64,000 nucleotides of DNA from Phycisphaerae bacterium (GTDB lineage Bacteria; Planctomycetota; Phycisphaerae; FEN-1346; JAACEH01), in assembly GCA_012729015.1 (NCBI GenBank), contig JAAYDY010000044.1:19891-83890 (forward strand). Direction: 5' to 3'. Made by a program: the position numbers and the translations under genes. The notes under the pieces are model-generated. The model saw only the letters and a program-made list of their open reading frames with translations. It was not told the origin of the DNA and made no database searches. Below are positions 61,660 to 64,000 of the stretch, in pieces. Position 1 is the stretch's first letter. Each line of letters opens with the position of its first letter.

Positions 61660-62691
61660 ATGACAGCGAGTCTTCCGAAGACCATCGACAGCACCGAACA
61701 GCTTCTAGACATCATGACACAACCAACCGACGGCGTCCGCAAGGCCGTCCAGAGCCTCGACGGCGAGTTCCTGGTCCTGGGCGCCGGCGGCAAGATGGGC
61801 CCCAGCCTGTGCCAGATGCTGACCCGGGCCGGAGCCAGGGTGACGGCCGTGGACCTCTATCCCGGCGACGTCGGCCGCAAGGTCCGCGAGCAGCTTGAAG
61901 CCCTGGGCTGCAAGACCATCCAGTGCGACCTGTTGGACCCCACGGCCCTGACCACGCTGCCGGAATGCCCCAATGTGATGATCATGGTGGGGTTCAAGTT
62001 CGGTTCGTCGGACAACCAGGGACCGCTGTGGACGATGAACACGCTGCTTCCGGCCCAGATCATCGCCCGGTTCCCCAGGAGCCGGCACCTGCTGATGAGC
62101 AGCGGCAACGTCTACAAGTTCACGCCCGTGACGGGCGTCGGAGCCACCGAGAAGGATCCGACGGACCCGATCGGCGCCTATGCCCAGAGCCGCCTGGCCG
62201 GCGAGTATGTGGCCCAGTACATCGCCGAACGGCAGAAGACCAAGCTCGTCGTCGTCCGCCTGTTCTACTCGACGGAGCTGCGCTACGGCATCATCCACGA
62301 CATCGCCAGCCACATGAAAGCCGGCGACGACATCGACGTGAGCATGGGGCACGTCAACCAGATCTGGCAGGGCGACGCCAACGCCTACCTGATCCAGTTC
62401 CTGACGATCGCCGACTGCCCGACGCGGACCATCAACATCACCGGCGAGAAGGTGCTGTCGGTGCGCGAGATTGCCACGAAGCTCGGCAAGATCATGGGCG
62501 TCCAGCCGAAGATCGTAGGCCAGGAAGCCGACACGGCCCTGCTCGGCAACAGCGAACAGGCGTTCAAGCTGTTCGGCCGCCCGACGGTCGATCCGTGGCA
62601 GGTGATCCAGTGGGTGGGTCCGTGGGTGAAGGAGAACAAAGGCTCGTTGGGCAAACCCACGAAGTACGAGCGCCGCGACGGCAAGTTCTAG
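61660..62691 (+). CDS. NAD(P)-dependent epimerase/dehydratase (extended SDR) family protein
   Basis: Rossmann VLGAGGKMG; YxxxR (YAQSR) where YxxxK is expected; GGAG 7 nt before ATG 61660. Confidence 0.6.
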   Translation: MTASLPKTIDSTEQLLDIMTQPTDGVRKAVQSLDGEFLVLGAGGKMGPSLCQMLTRAGARVTAVDLYPGDVGRKVREQLEALGCKTIQCDLLDPTALTTLPECPNVMIMVGFKFGSSDNQGPLWTMNTLLPAQIIARFPRSRHLLMSSGNVYKFTPVTGVGATEKDPTDPIGAYAQSRLAGEYVAQYIAERQKTKLVVVRLFYSTELRYGIIHDIASHMKAGDDIDVSMGHVNQIWQGDANAYLIQFLTIADCPTRTINITGEKVLSVREIATKLGKIMGVQPKIVGQEADTALLGNSEQAFKLFGRPTVDPWQVIQWVGPWVKENKGSLGKPTKYERRDGKF

Positions 62692-62740
62692 CCCGTCGCC
62701 GCATCGCCTGCCATTTCAGAGACACAATCCAACTGGTTCG

Positions 62741-62787
62741 ACAGCATACTACTCGGGAAAGGCACGCCGCTTCCCGAGTAGTATGCT
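62741..62787 (+). terminator. Strong stem-loop (17-18-bp perfect stem CAGCATACTACTCGGGAA / TTCCCGAGTAGTATGCTG, ~10-nt loop) 50 nt after the epimerase stop; putative intrinsic terminator, though no U-tract follows
   Basis: Inverted repeat read directly. Confidence 0.45.
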
Positions 62788-63177
62788 GCCTTTCAGGAAT
62801 CTGGCGGACGCCCCAGGCGCAACCGTCCGGCGCCATCGCAACAGACATCTGCCGAACCGACACCTCGCAGAATGTCGCCTCTGTCGGCCCCATTCTGTGC
62901 AATGGAGAAGGCGGCTCCGGCGGCACATCCCCGCAACTGCCTGTCTCCTAAGACGATAGCATCGCAGCGACCACGCCCGCCGCGGAGCTGACCACCGCCG
63001 TTCGAAACCGTCTTCTCGCTTGAAATAACACCCGAAAACACGCATAGTGATTGTGCCGCAGAGGTGGCGTCCCGGCGGCTCAGGTGACCGGCGCGATGCC
63101 CGTGGCGGCAGCGGTTGTCGCGCCGCCCGGTATCGTCGCAGGTGAGCCTGTCTGCACCCTGACCAAGGAGGTCGCTG

Positions 63178-64000
63178 ATGGTTGCACGGTTGCTGCTCCG
63201 GGCGCTGAGCTTGGCCGTGTTCGCTGTCCCTGTGCAGGGGGCCGACTACTTCGTCTCCCCTGCCGGAAGCGATAGCGCCCGCGGCACCGGGGCGGCCGCC
63301 CCGCTGAAGACCATTGCCAAAGCCGCATCCATGGTCGGGCCCGGCGACGCCATTCGCATCGCCCCGGGTCTCTACGACGAGAAGGTGGTGCTCGGCGCCT
63401 CGGGCACGCCCGACGCTCCCATCACGATCCGCGCCGACGGGAACGGCGAGGTGGTCCTGACGGCCGCTGAGCCCGATCCAGCCGCATGGGACCGGAAGTT
63501 CGCCCTGAACCTCTCGAAGCAGAGCCACGTGATCGTCGAAGGTATCACCTTCCGCCATTGTGCGGCCTGGATCCTGATGGCCGACGCCCATCACATTACG
63601 ATCCGCCGGTGCGTCTTCGACGGCGGCCGCATCTACAACCTGCTGCGCATCAACAACAGCTCGTACGTTCGCATCCTCAACTGCCGCTTCCCCTTTGCCC
63701 TCAAGCAGACCGGCGTGCGCACGGAGGCGGGATGGATTCCCACGCCGGGGGCCGACTACATCGAAATCTACCGCAACAGCCACCACAACCTTGTCGACGG
63801 CTGTGAGTTCGGCCCGATCACGCACGTGGCCGTAGCCATCGAACCCTTCGAGAAGGGCACGTCGCCCACCTTCAACATCGTTCGCAACTGCGTGTTCCGC
63901 AACGCCGAGTGGAAGCCCGTGGGCATCCTGAACGGCGCCCAGCACACCCTTGTGGAGAACAACCTCTGCCAGGGCCGCGCCGCCCTGTTCGTCCACGACG
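63178..64000 (+). CDS. Secreted right-handed parallel beta-helix protein (pectate-lyase-fold; polysaccharide lyase/hydrolase-like), 3'-truncated by the window end
   Basis: Signal peptide MVARLLLRALSLAVFAVPVQGA after an AGGAGG Shine-Dalgarno; repeated ...I.I.NC.F...N... beta-helix rungs; not in the ORF track because no stop lies within the window. Confidence 0.6.
   Translation, partial: MVARLLLRALSLAVFAVPVQGADYFVSPAGSDSARGTGAAAPLKTIAKAASMVGPGDAIRIAPGLYDEKVVLGASGTPDAPITIRADGNGEVVLTAAEPDPAAWDRKFALNLSKQSHVIVEGITFRHCAAWILMADAHHITIRRCVFDGGRIYNLLRINNSSYVRILNCRFPFALKQTGVRTEAGWIPTPGADYIEIYRNSHHNLVDGCEFGPITHVAVAIEPFEKGTSPTFNIVRNCVFRNAEWKPVGILNGAQHTLVENNLCQGRAALFVHD

Noticed and set aside
62749-63996. 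415-aa minus-strand ORF at the right end of the window
   Set aside because: Antisense to the beta-helix protein gene, which has a signal peptide, an AGGAGG Shine-Dalgarno and clear beta-helix rung repeats.

Overview
This 64 kb window is high-GC (about two thirds G+C by eye) and densely coded on both strands. Nearly all the long ORFs lying antisense to real genes are the R/G/A/P-rich shadow ORFs typical of GC-rich DNA. The gene content points to a Planctomycetota-like chromosome, possibly Verrucomicrobiota: a PEP-CTERM protein, a DUF4159/prenyltransferase-repeat protein, many FHA and Ser/Thr-kinase proteins, HDOD-GGDEF, and secreted CAZyme-like proteins. The left 2.5 kb appears to be the right-hand end of an integrated mobile element. 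It has a repeat- and palindrome-rich regulatory region, a Cro/CI-type HTH gene coupled to a tyrosine integrase, and a tRNA-Met(CAU) whose 3' end the integrase ORF overlaps. The rest of the window mixes housekeeping genes (uvrA, dxr-rseP, mnmE-coaX-obg-rpmA, smpB, tRNA-Leu) with accessory functions. These include polyamine synthesis (an ornithine-decarboxylase-like gene plus a deoxyhypusine-synthase-like homospermidine synthase), KdgK, protein repair (MsrB and Pcm), two GGDEF proteins, secreted polysaccharide-degrading candidates, an rnfE-rnfA-rnfB trio without rnfC/D/G, and a catalytically dead HtrA beside an intact HtrA. The two most unusual loci are (i) a tightly coupled five-gene cassette at 27.2-32.3 kb (vWA, Ser/Thr kinase with FHA, zinc-ribbon FHA, PPP-family phosphatase with a large unknown N-domain, double-zinc-ribbon FHA with a C-terminal TM region) and (ii) a 1127-aa secreted protein (55.6-59.0 kb) built from three copies of an unrecognised ~170-aa module around a clan GH-A-like core. 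All annotations come from reading motifs in the supplied translations; no database searches were possible.
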